A stretch of 64,000 nucleotides of DNA from Octopus vulgaris (lineage: Eukaryota): NCBI GenBank assembly GCA_951406725.2, contig OX597814.1, positions 135,098,001 to 135,162,000 of the forward strand, written 5' to 3'. Made by a program: the position numbers and the translations under genes. Below are positions 1-12,500 of the stretch, piece by piece. Under the pieces are notes generated by a model. It was given only the letters and a program-made list of their open reading frames with translations, had not been told where the DNA came from and searched no databases. The first letter of the stretch is position 1, and the number at the start of each line of letters is the position of its first letter.

Positions 1-295
1 ATTCTGCTCAAGATTTTGTGGCCTCAGCCATTATATGTCGGCATGTCAACTCTGGAAATCCTGCAGAGGAAGATGAACAGATTTTCGAGGAGGTGGCTTG
101 GCTTAGCAAGGAGCCTGTATGAGTCAACCAAGATCTTATGACTCCCATTCAGCAAACTTCCAGAGGGCTAACATGCCGTACTGAGATCCAGCATATTAGA
201 TTTTCAGATTTCTAACCAAGGCTGTCTACAACAATTTACCAAGTGCATCCACAAGATGTCTCTTAAAACTGAATATATGTTAATATTTATACGAG

Positions 296-509
296 ACAGT
301 ATTACTGATCTTTTTCAGTTAATTTTACCAATTGATTTCACACACAAGTTAGGAGATAATTCAAGATGGTACTCATCAGAAAGGCTGGCGTAAAGAATAT
401 GGCCATACTTTGCATGCCAGCCCCTCTGATGAGCATTGCCTTAGTTTTCCTTTAATTTGTATGTGAAACCAATTGGTAAAAATCAACTATAATGGATCTA
501 TAATACTGT
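296..509. mobile_element. Fold-back element with a hammerhead motif in each arm
   Basis: Inverted arms centred on TATGGCCATA (398-407); plus arm CTGATGAG(426)..GAAAC CAATTG GTA(478); minus arm core at 326-379. Confidence 0.72.
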
Positions 510-620
510 AAAAGATAAATGATATACTCACTCTATTGATAAATATACGAGTGCCTGTTTTTTTCTGATTAATGGATTCTTACATGACCTATGTGTGTGT
601 GTGTGTGTGTGTTTCATATA

Positions 621-671
<51 letters not shown>

Positions 672-786
672 TCAAAATGGAGATAAATACCATTTCTCCA
701 TGTGATCGGCTTGAAAAACTGCTAAGATATTAAGATACTTTTTCTTAACATGAAACCAATGGTAGCCTTAATATACAAATAAAGAA

Positions 787-864
<78 letters not shown>

Positions 865-1282
865 AGTAAAATGAAGATTATGAAGAAAGGAGGAGAAAAT
901 AAATAAGATGTTAAACACATACTAGAAAAAGTGTAGAAATATGAAATGAAACAGGAAAAAAGGATCTAGATTCTCTGATGAATATAAAAATGAGGATGAT
1001 GATGATAATGATTATTGCTTTTAAGCTCTAAGACAGCCCAGATTAAGCAAACATATATTCAAAGACATTCCATCCATGATCACTCCAGTCTTCCACATAC
1101 TGAAGAATATACTATCCTATGTGTCCTGTTGTCAAGAGATTTGAAGGAGCTTACGCTCCAATTTGTAACAGGCTGAGCAACCATGTAGAGGCTCCTTCAT
1201 TAATGATGATGAAGATGATGTTAGTAATAGAGATGATGACAAAATTCTTTATAATAATAAAAATTAAAGAAAAAAACCTTAC

Positions 1283-1405
1283 TTTATTCATTTCTTTTGT
1301 TGTTTGCTTCAATTGTGAGGAAGTTTTCTTAAAATTTTTTGTAATTTCTTCAACGTTCTGTTCCAGCTGACTTATTGTTTCTTCTTTCTGAGCCAGTAGT
1401 TTTTT
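1283..1405 (-). CDS. EEA1: EEA1 coiled-coil exon (KKLLAQKEET...TTKEMNK)
   Basis: 123 nt phase 0-0, ctctag acceptor, AAA|GTAAGG donor. Confidence 0.87.
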
Positions 1406-4400
1406 CTAGAGAAGTCAGAGAAATACTAAATGAACAAAGCAGTCATCAAAATATTCAAAGATTCAATAATAATTTAGTCATTTGCAATTGTATAAAAGTA
1501 AACACAGAACAAAAAAAAATAGCATTATCAAATTAGAATTAACTGTTAATTGCTTGAACAAATTATTAAAAGAAACAGGAGACAGCCAATCTAATTAGCC
1601 AATATGTGTCTCATAGTAATAAATATTAATGGTTATATGTGATGATTTGGTGAGTCCCATAACACTCTGAAACATAGAGGTCTATCAAACATTTCATCTT
1701 TATGTAGTACACAAAGAACAAGTTAGCTTTGCAGAATCCATTCCTGTCTGAGCTAATCCACAGGAAGAATTCAATGTAAAACTCTGCAATATAAGCTTAT
1801 GATGCACTTAGAAGTTTATAATTCTCACTATTTACACTGTTGTATCTATTTACAGCTAGGCAGTCTTGGCTATTTGAGAGTTAAATGTTTTGGTCACAGA
1901 TACAAAACAGTATTAGTGACAAGATATGTATAAACAACTAATGTCTTGATTACTTATCTGGTATCCTACCAATTTGGCCTAGAAGATTGACAGAGATTAT
2001 ATAGTGTACAATAATTTAATAGAAGAGAGAGTCAGAGAGATTGCATGTGAGACTACTTTCATCTTCAGTTAATTCCTCAGGAGAGACCATTTTGTTTTTG
2101 ATTCTTTAAAGAAATATCAGAGGAAGACAGAAACTGAAGATAGATTTGATATACACTGAAGATAAATTCAATGTTCACAAAACATAGCTGCAATATTCAA
2201 TAAAGAAAAGTTCTAATGATCCATTATGACAACAGCAATGTTCCAATAGTAGTTTCAAATTTTGGCACAAGGCCAGCAATTTTAGTGGAAATGGGTAAAT
2301 CAATTACATTGGCCCCAGTGCACAACTGCTACTTATTTTATAAACCCTGAAAGGATGAAAGGAAAAGTTGATCTTGGCAGCATTGAGCACTGTTCAATAA
2401 TGACGGCTGCAATGTTCAAATAAAGACAACTGCAATATTCAATAAAAATGGCTACAGCTGTCATTATGGCAAAAGCTATAATTGTTATGAAAATACCAGA
2501 CACAAGGAAATCAGCATATATCACAGTGAGATTATATTATTGACAACATACATTTTCATCTAGTTCTCGTTCTATTCCTGAACACTTCAATGTTAACTCA
2601 TTGTTGAAGTTCATCTGTTTCTTCAAGGCATCATCTAATTGATCATTTTTGCTTGTTTTACCTTTGAGTTCTTCTTTTTGCTGTAATATAGATAAAAAAA
2701 ACCCATTTAATTTTGTGATTAACATTTAGTAAAATTCCTAATATAACAACCTTTCATTTACTTGTATATTCCATTGTTCCATTTTCAATGATTAGAACCA
2801 GTTTTGAGCCCCTCATATTTAATGACAGCTGGAAAAGAATTGAGACCATTGTCCAAGGGATCATAGTCTGGTTCAAAACTTTTGGAATAAACCTTATATA
2901 CTAAATTATATTAATGTGTCTTCCTATCACAACTCCTCAAACACTGGTATTTAAGATTGTTTTGAAAAGAAAACTCACAGATATTCTTGCTATTTCATCA
3001 CGTATCATCTACACATTTTATCAGCTGCATTTAAGCCAACATCTACATTTAAGCCAACATGCTGCACAAATCTTTCTACTTTTCAGCATCTTCACTTTGT
3101 GCATTTCCTTAAACCCTAATCTATATTACATGCATAGTTTCATTCTAAAGACTATCCCCACAATTAATTGCAATTTCTTTCTGATGTATATTACACTAGT
3201 TCTCAATCAGAAGTACAACTGTTTTTGTCCACATTTAAAAACCAAATATTAGTTCATGGGCACAGAGTTCATATGGTTATTTTACATACATCATTACCTT
3301 TTAATTCATATCAGGTAAATTTCATTTGTTTTATTCAAATTTAGAAAACTGAAATTAGTTAATGTAGATAAAGATGAAAAAAAAATCCAAACAATGATAA
3401 CCTGTTCTATTTCTTGTTTAAGTCGATTAATTTCAGTGACCTTCTCCTCCACCAAATTGTGACTAGTCTGTAAATGATTTTCCAGATCAACTCGTTCTGT
3501 GGTCCTGGATGTTTCACTAGCTAGAAGAAGTTCACTCTAAATAAGTAGAAGAGAAAAAGAAACATTAAAGTTACACAATATTTCAGATTTTATAACAGCA
3601 TTCCTTAAAACTATTTATACTATGATCAATTAAATGCGAGTGAATTTATCAACAAAAACTACAGAATTTGTTATTTTTATTTATTTATTAATTAGTTGAG
3701 ATTAACATTAATAGGAAAATGGTAGACAAGAAGAGATAAGCTTCATAGCTGAACTAAAAATAAATGAAGCAACACATGCTTAACTTCTGATTTCATGTCA
3801 CAACGAAAGTCATCTTGCCTTACATCCTCCTGCAGTTGATAAAAATTTGTACAATTGACTATATCCACCTCTAAAATTTGTATCTTGTGTCAATGTCAGA
3901 AATCAATATAATTCTCATTGACAGTTCTCTACAAATATGAAACTTTTATAGATTTGCCAAGATCAACTGACTTCTTTTTTAGCCATACTAACACTTTGGA
4001 AGTTATGAAAAAATACATGTCATTTTATTAAATCATGTCTTATAAAATATATATATATCTTATAATATAAATAAAAAATATGAAGTGTCTGGTACGACAT
4101 TGAGGAGTGGAGACAAATCAGAAATTGTGAGAGGAGGTATTGAGTTGGTCAAGATGAAGGTGGCAACTAGTAGGAAGAAAAGTTATTGAATCTATAGAAA
4201 AAGCAGAGCAAAACAGTATCTTTATAAGCCAGTGATTGCAATGTGTTATTGAGCAAATCTTTGTCAATGAGCTAATTGGCCTTCTTTCTTTTTTTCTTTT
4301 AATATGTGGGCTAAGATATCTGTGTGAGTGGCAGCAGTACAGTCCCAGATACTTGAGCAGTACTCCAACATTCAGTGCATTTCATGTTTGTAGATGAACT

Positions 4401-7400
4401 AATTTCTTATTTTGAAGAAGAAGCCTAGTGCAGCATTGCCAGTATAATAAATGTGAGGTTTTCCATGGTATTTTGGAGAAAAATCTTCTAGTATAGCTTT
4501 GGGATGACTAACGCCTTATGAATGAAATGAGTAGAAGGAGACTGAACAAAAGCCTGTTACATGTGTGTGTATTTACTTTCCATGTGTTGTTGTATGCAGC
4601 AGTTTGATGTTACATTTGCATCTTCTGTAAATAGTAAGTCTTGCAGCTTATCAATTTTGACATGTGAAGACCAGTAGAGTAAAAATAGCTTACTTGGAAA
4701 AAGACAGGTGAGTGCTGGTGAGACAGAAGGCAACCAGTTGTAGAATACTGCTATGATAAATCTTGCCCAACTCATGATAGAAAGGAAAAAGCAAACATAA
4801 TGATGGTGATAATGATACAAGGAAATTTTTTTTTTTTTCACTGCTTTCATGGACTCCTGTGACTCTCTGTCACCATCCAATTCCATTATTATGAATTTAA
4901 ATTGGGAGCTTGAGTCATAGAGAATCTTTCATTAGCTGAGTACACAACAATGGACGCTACCCCTATGACTGTGCTGTAGTTACTCTCTTCACAGAGCTTG
5001 GCAATCCTGACCATTGATCTTCTAAGATTTTTCCACTCAGCATCAATATAAGGTGCACCGTTGGCTCAGTTGAGCTCTTCTGCTACCTCTTCACAATCTG
5101 CCATGTTGCAATCCTGTAACACTGAACAGGTGCTATACTTTGCCAAATGGCAGCTCATAACTATGCAGGGTACAGTGGTCACTCTGTGAGGTATTTTCAA
5201 AATACCTGCATAGTGAAATACTCTGCTCAAATTACATTGAAGCAAATAGTGCATCTCATTAATATCTCAACCTGAAACCAGCTCCTACATAATCAATGGT
5301 TTAATTATCAAGACAATTCCCAAGAAATGACAGTCAGTGAAGGAATCTCTACATAGATACTTGACCTGTTCGTACCAGATTTAGTTTAAACCAACTCTCC
5401 CTCAAACCACAATGTAATCCTACGACCCAAATAAGACAGGGTGGTCATGTTATTAAACTCCACACTCAAATGTTATTGGAACAGCTTTAATCATAGTTTT
5501 GTTTAGTTAAAACACAACTGAAGTTAAATAGCAACCAAAATCTAACTAGTTTCAGAAAATAGAATATTTGAAAAAAAGAAGACTTCTAACCTTAGTTTGT
5601 AGTTCACCTTGAAGTTGTTGCAGCTGAAGCTGGATGTTGGCTACTTTTTCATTTTTCTCTTCAAGGTTTGATTCCAACTTTTGAACATGGTCTTTTTTCC
5701 CATCAAGTTGACTTTTTACCTCTTGTAATTGTGTATGCAATGATTCACTTTCTTGCGTAGATTCTGTACATTTTCTATCAAGTTCTTGTTCTAAATTGTT
5801 TACTTTTTCAGTCAGATTATTCTAGAAATACATGAAAACCACAATATGATTTTAAAATTTGCTTCTATATCTTTACTTTCTTTCATCCAATTTCTCTCCC
5901 TCTCTATGTATATGTGTGTGTGTGTGTGTGTGTGTATGTATAGGCGTAGGAGTGGCTGTGTGGTAAGTAGCTTGCCACATGGTTCTGGGTTCGGTCCCAC
6001 TTCGTGGCACCTTGGACAAATGTCTTCTACTATAGCCTCGGGCCGACCGAAGCCTTGTGAGTGGATTTGGTAGAAGGAAACTGAAAGAAGCCCGTCGTAT
6101 ATATGTATATATATATACATGTATGTGCGTGTATATGTTTGTCCCCCTAGCATTGCTTGACAACCGATGCTGGTGTGTTTATGTCCCCGTAACTTAGCAA
6201 TTTGGCAAAAGAGACCGATAGAATAAGTACTGGGCTTACAAAGAATAAGTCCCGGGGTCGATTTGCTCGACTAAAGGTGGTGCTCCAGCATGACTGAAAC
6301 AAGTAAAAGAGTATATAAAATGTTCTTCAGCTTTTTACTTAAACTGTTCCTCAAAGTACCCTTTTTATTCTTATTTTCTCACTTTATTTCCCTTTTTGCC
6401 CTTGCTTTTTCACATATCTCTTGCAAAAATATTTACTTTCCAAACATTATTATGTATGTGTGTGAGTGTGTGTGTGTGCATTTATATGTGAAATTTGAAA
6501 AGAAAAGAAAATTTCCAGAAAAAGTACGTACGTTTTCTTGTTTTAGTTGATTGATGGCAGTTTCAGCGCCTTCTCCAGCTTCAATCTGTAAAAATCGCAA
6601 AAATACAAAATAGGAAAAATACCCCAATAAATTTCTATTATTAGATGAAACTGTGAGTTGAAGTTGATTTAGGATGAATGAAGATGGCATCAGTCAATAA
6701 GTAATGATAATGATGGTAATAGAAAAGATGATGATGATAGTGTGAAAGGTTCACAGTCAAATTACTAGTAGCAGATGATGACAACTGTCATGTATTTCTA
6801 AAGGGTTCCAGATCCTTGTAAATTGCATCATTAATGGAAGAGAGCCTTGCTGCTGAGAACAAAGAAATATGGAGCTGAACCCTGGGCCAATTATACACTG
6901 TTGCAAACATGATATTTATGGCACTCAAAGGAAACACACACACATATTATATACATTTACAACCAAAAGCCATCTGATATCATGAGGCAATTGTGGGAGA
7001 TAGAAGGAAAGTATGAGGTGCCAGCTAAGACTCCATGAACAGCAGCAGCAACCAATGCTGTGGAAGTGGTGAAAGATTAAGGTGATGATGATGATTATTG
7101 TTTTGTTGAGGAAAAGTATCAACTAATTGCCTTATAATATATAGTTTTCTCTCTCAACAGTCTGAGTTCAAAATCTCTTGAAGTCAACTCTGCCTTTCTT
7201 GCTTCTATACTCATAAAATAATCATTAGTTATACACAATCAGTTTAAGCAACTACTTTTCTCACCCTTTCAAATTTGTGGCCTTGAAGACATGGGTTGAA
7301 GTATTGAAGGCCGATCTCAAAATGCTGAACCATACGAAGATGATAGAGGACTGCGATATGTCATGCATTGCTGTATTTGAGAAGACCTGCTCCCCACAAC

Positions 7401-8669
7401 AGAATGGAGATCCTAAAACCAAGGTTCCACATAAAAAGCATTGGTGTGGGTGCTTGTGTCATATAAAAAGGACTGGTGCTAGTGCCATGTAAAAAGCATT
7501 GGTAATGGTGGCATGTGAAAACCATGGGTGTTGGTGCCATGTAAAAAGCACCATAGTATACTCTATTAAGTGGTTGGCATTAGAAAAGGCATTCAGCTGT
7601 AGAAACCAAGTCAAAACAGACTATGAAACCTGTCAAGCCATCCAACCTATGCCAGCATAGAAAATGGATGTTAAATGTTGATGATGATGATATACTGAAG
7701 TAATAAAATCACTGATTGCAATAGCAAATCAATGTTGATAATGACGATGATGGTAATGATGATAATATTTCAAAAGGAATCAGATCAAACCTTGTTAATT
7801 AAATCAGTTCGTTCTACTTCAAGCCGTTGAATATCTTTACGCAAATTTTCTGTTTGTTCTTCCATTTCTTTTAATTTTTCTTCACTGTATAAAAACAAAA
7901 GTAAATTATTTATTCATGTTTCTAAAGATTCCAGTTAACAGAACTGGTTATAATCTCTGTAATTACATACTACTTAACATCATACAGAAATCTTATGAAA
8001 CTCCAAACATAAACCTCTTTAACCTCCACACTTGGATGTCACTAAACTCCACACTCGGATGTCACTAAACTCCACACTCGGATGTCACTAAACTCCACAC
8101 TCAGATGTCACTAAACTCCATATTCAAAAGTCACCAAACCCCACACCCAAATGTCACCAAACTCCACACTTAAATATTACTAAACTCCACACCCAAATTT
8201 TACTAAAACTCTACATTCAAACATTACTAAAACTCCACTCTCAAATGTCTCTACCCAACTACACACTGAAATGTTACTAAACTCCAAACAGGGATATTAC
8301 TATCTCAATAATTGAATATAACTAAACCCCACATTCAAATATTACTAACACTTCACACTGAAATGTTATGAGTTATACTATGTGTGCAAATGCTATGAAA
8401 CTCCATATTCAAGAAATCTCAATGTGTTACTGGGAACATGTAGTAAATATAAAACCACTTACTTCAGGGCAAACTTGCGTAAACTTTCTTGAAGTTGGGT
8501 TGATTTTTCACGTACCTCTGCCTTCAGCTCATCACTGAATTTCTCCTATTGAATAAGAATTATTAGATTTTTACACATGTCCTCAACATTTACAATCAAC
8601 AACCTTAATAAGCCAATAGCAGAACCTCAACATGGTCACTTGACCTGCTTAAGTAGCACCTAATTTTCT

Positions 8670-8751
<82 letters not shown>

Positions 8752-9528
8752 GTTATGAGAGATAATGGTGTCAATAAGACCTAAAGGTGTCAGGTAATGC
8801 TGAGTAAGTGCTATGGATAGACTATAGTTAAGCTCCAGGCTCGGTGATTATGCAAATGATTATGCGTAGGTCATATATCAGCATGTGTATATATAAAAAT
8901 TTTCAGAATGATATAAAAATCCAAAGCTGTGAAAGAGTTTAGAACATTTATAAATAGGTCTTACAACTGTTTCCAAGATATTTTATATATCCCTTCATCG
9001 GATCCCAGAAACAGCTGTGAGACCTTCTATTTATAAATGTTCTAAAATCTTTCACAGCCTTGGATTTTTATCTCATTCTGAAAATTTATATATATATATA
9101 TATATATATATGGTTAAATAAATCAATGGAGTTAAACGCAGGTGTTATTCAAATCTTTATACTTCTGACATATGTTTTGAAGAAAACATTGGTATTATTC
9201 CAGAAGGAATAAAATGATGTAGAACAATGCAATCTTCTCATCTTTTTTTTCCTGATGAGAAGATTGCATTGTTTTACATCATTTTATTCCTTCTGGAATA
9301 ATACCAATGTTTTCTTTGAAACATATGTTGGAAGTATAAAGATTTGAATACCACCTGCGTTTAACTCCGTTTATTTATTTACCTGTTATACAAAAACATT
9401 TCACTAAGCCCTGGAATTTCTACCAGAATAAGAAGGCTGTTGCATCCTTGGTACTTATGTGAATTTTTGCTATCCTGGTATTTATTTTTTCCATGTTATT
9501 TGTACACTTTGAAAAAATACACATACAT

Positions 9529-9563
<35 letters not shown>

Positions 9564-12500
9564 TGAATATGTATGGATTCACACACACATTCACACACAT
9601 ACACACTATGGCCTTTCAAACAGTTTCTATCCTTTACTCACAAGGCATTGGTCAGTAAAAAATAAAAGAAACAAAAACAAAAATCAAAATGGCTCTGTTA
9701 GTTTTACTTACTTTTGCTTCAAACTGCTGATTCATCATTTCCAGTTCTCGTTCTAAATCTTTTACTTGGATTTGGTTGGTTTCTAAGGTATTTTGAAGCT
9801 GAATAAACAAACAAGAACAATTTTGATAATTTCAACTTCAAAAAATGAAGGAGCAAACCGTTATTGTTTTTCATTTTAGCTGTTTATAAGCAATATTTCC
9901 ATGATGCAGCTTTTGAACATTTCTATTTAATAATAACCAATATGTTGGTTGGATGGTTGGTTGATTTCTCCAGCCACACTTTACATTATATAGAGAGAGG
10001 GGGAAAGAGTATGAAAGGGTGATAGAGAGAGAGTTAACATAAGAACTGCAGAATGAATGCACATACTAGGTTTGGTGGAAGGCAATGAATAAAGGAATGC
10101 TCCTCACTACACAATGAATGAAAATGACCAAGATAGAAGAAGAGGAGAGTGAGTAAATGACAGAGTAGTTATGGAAGGAATTATATCAAAGAGAATGATG
10201 GATGTGTACGTACAGTCATGCATGTATGAAATAAAAGAGAGAACTGGTGTGTGATTGACTAACAAATTAAAAAACTAAATAGCACATGTATATAACTTGA
10301 TATACACAGTATTGGGGAAAATACATTTTTGCTTTATTTCATAGTTTATATTCACAAAGTTAAATATAAAAACAAAAATGCAAACAAACTTACTCTCCAT
10401 ACTGATTTTATATTATGGAAGTTCACAAACACACATTCCCTCTTTCTCTCACACAAACACAAGAAATTGATGGCTGCTTTAGCAAAATACAGTGATCTTT
10501 TGCTTTAAGAATATATAACTATGGGATTGTAAAATAAATAAAATATAGCCAAGAATGTACAAGAACTGGAATAAAGCATTTGCATCTCACAGAACATATA
10601 ACAATAATGGTAAACATTATTAATTAAATAACTTAACAATAAATCTCAAACCTTGTCAGTTTGTTGTTTCATCTCATTCAAGGATTGTTCTTTCTTATGC
10701 AGCTGACCCTGCATATCGGTACGCATTTCTGCCAGTTGGGTTTGAAGTGAAGAAATTTCTGAATTCCGTTCGTCAACAGTTTTCTCTAACTGAAAGACAA
10801 GTAAATAAGATAATAATAATGATTTTAAGTTAATCTAGGTAGTAAAAGACTATGCAGTTATTAATTAATATAAGGTAAAACTGAATCTAGGGTGCAGGTA
10901 AAGCTGCGTGGTTAAGAAGTTTGCTTTACAACCACCACATGTGCCTGGGTCCGATTTCATCGAATGCCTGCCTGTTGCTAAGGGGATGCAATGCCCCTCA
11001 CTATTCAATGGTGCACCCTCAGATTTACAAAATACAGTTTACAAATATCTTCCCGCAATACAAATTAGTGATCACCTATAATATTCTGAACCACCCTCAG
11101 ACACCAAAGTCTGGTGACAGGTTTGATCACATGGCACTTTAGGCAGACATTTTAACTGTTTTGGCTTCACTAATAGTTTGTAAGCAAAATCTGCTTGACA
11201 GAAACTGTATGAAAGTTCATTATATATACATCATCATAATTTACATCAACTTTCCAAACTTACATGGGCTGGATAGGTCAACACAGTTTGAGTAATTTAT
11301 TATTTGGAGATATTGCCCTCCTAACTGGGTTGGAGGTTCACATTTTGTGTGTTCATTTGGTTGCCATTATTTCAAAAATTAAAGTTTATCAAAAATTTTT
11401 TAATCTGGCACAGTAATATACTTTTCCAAGCTGAATTGCTGGAGTTATTTCACTTTTGCCAGAAATATGTTTTTAAAAAGTTATAGAGGTTTAAAGTCTG
11501 ATCATTTTCACCCAGTCAGGAAACAGTATTTGGAAGCTGTCATTTTGTGCGTGACTGCACATTTTGTCATAAACATCTGGATCAAAGGTATTCCAGCCTC
11601 AAGAATCTCACCTATGTTTTTCAGACACAGTATATCTAATCAACGTTATCTAATGTGTTCTACTTTTATTAAATCAACAGAGGAAAATTTAGTGAGTTGT
11701 TGTTGTTTAGCCCTAGACCGACCCTAACTGAGCAGACCTTTGATCAAAGCAAAGGCATTTTAGCCATGACCGACCTGGATTTTTCTTCCAGACAAAGTAG
11801 ATCTAGAATTACATTTTCCAATGTTTCCTTCCTTTTTGAACACATTATGGTGCAATTTAAGGTTAACTTGTACAAGATTTGGGAAGTTTTGTTGTAAGGT
11901 GAAAAAAAACAATACATCTGCACTTAACTCGAACTTCTGACAAATTGTCTGTAATTATTTTAAACATATTGTATAACATGGTGTCCAATTTAACATGTTA
12001 AACCTGTTCCTTGTGTGCCCTAAGTAGAGTTCACTCTATTTTAAGTATCCAGACCACACATTTTTGTAAAGACACTGACCTGCAAACATTGTCAAAGATC
12101 AGCTAGATAAGTCTGTGAGAGTCTGCAAATATCATGGATACTGTTGCTTCTCACATGACTTATAAAAATTTATTTACAGCAACAAAAAAAAGTTATTACA
12201 TTTTCTCAAGACAAGTCCCTATGAAAAATAAAGTATAAGACATACATTTTATGATTTATTACAAGCACAAATGATTTACCTTTACAATCCGTTCATTAGT
12301 TTCTGTCAATTTGGTTTCCTTCTCCTCTAATAATTGTTCTAAAGATGATGTTTTTCCTGCTTTACCATCAAGGTGGCTATGTAGTTCATTGATTTTATTG
12401 GAATGCTCCAGAGACATGTCTTGATATTTTTTACAATCTTCTTTTAACTGGAACGATGAAGGGACACAAATGACATTGTTATTTTGGTGAAATACTAATT

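Noticed and set aside
5591-5790. Shorter version of this exon using the AG at 5791-5792
   Set aside because: Phase 1 start does not fit the phase 0 end of exon 6532-6585; the acceptor at 5822 fits and has a better pyrimidine tract
8024-8412. CRISPR-like regular repeat
   Set aside because: Units are contiguous with no unique spacers, there are no cas genes, and the context is a eukaryotic intron; it is a minisatellite
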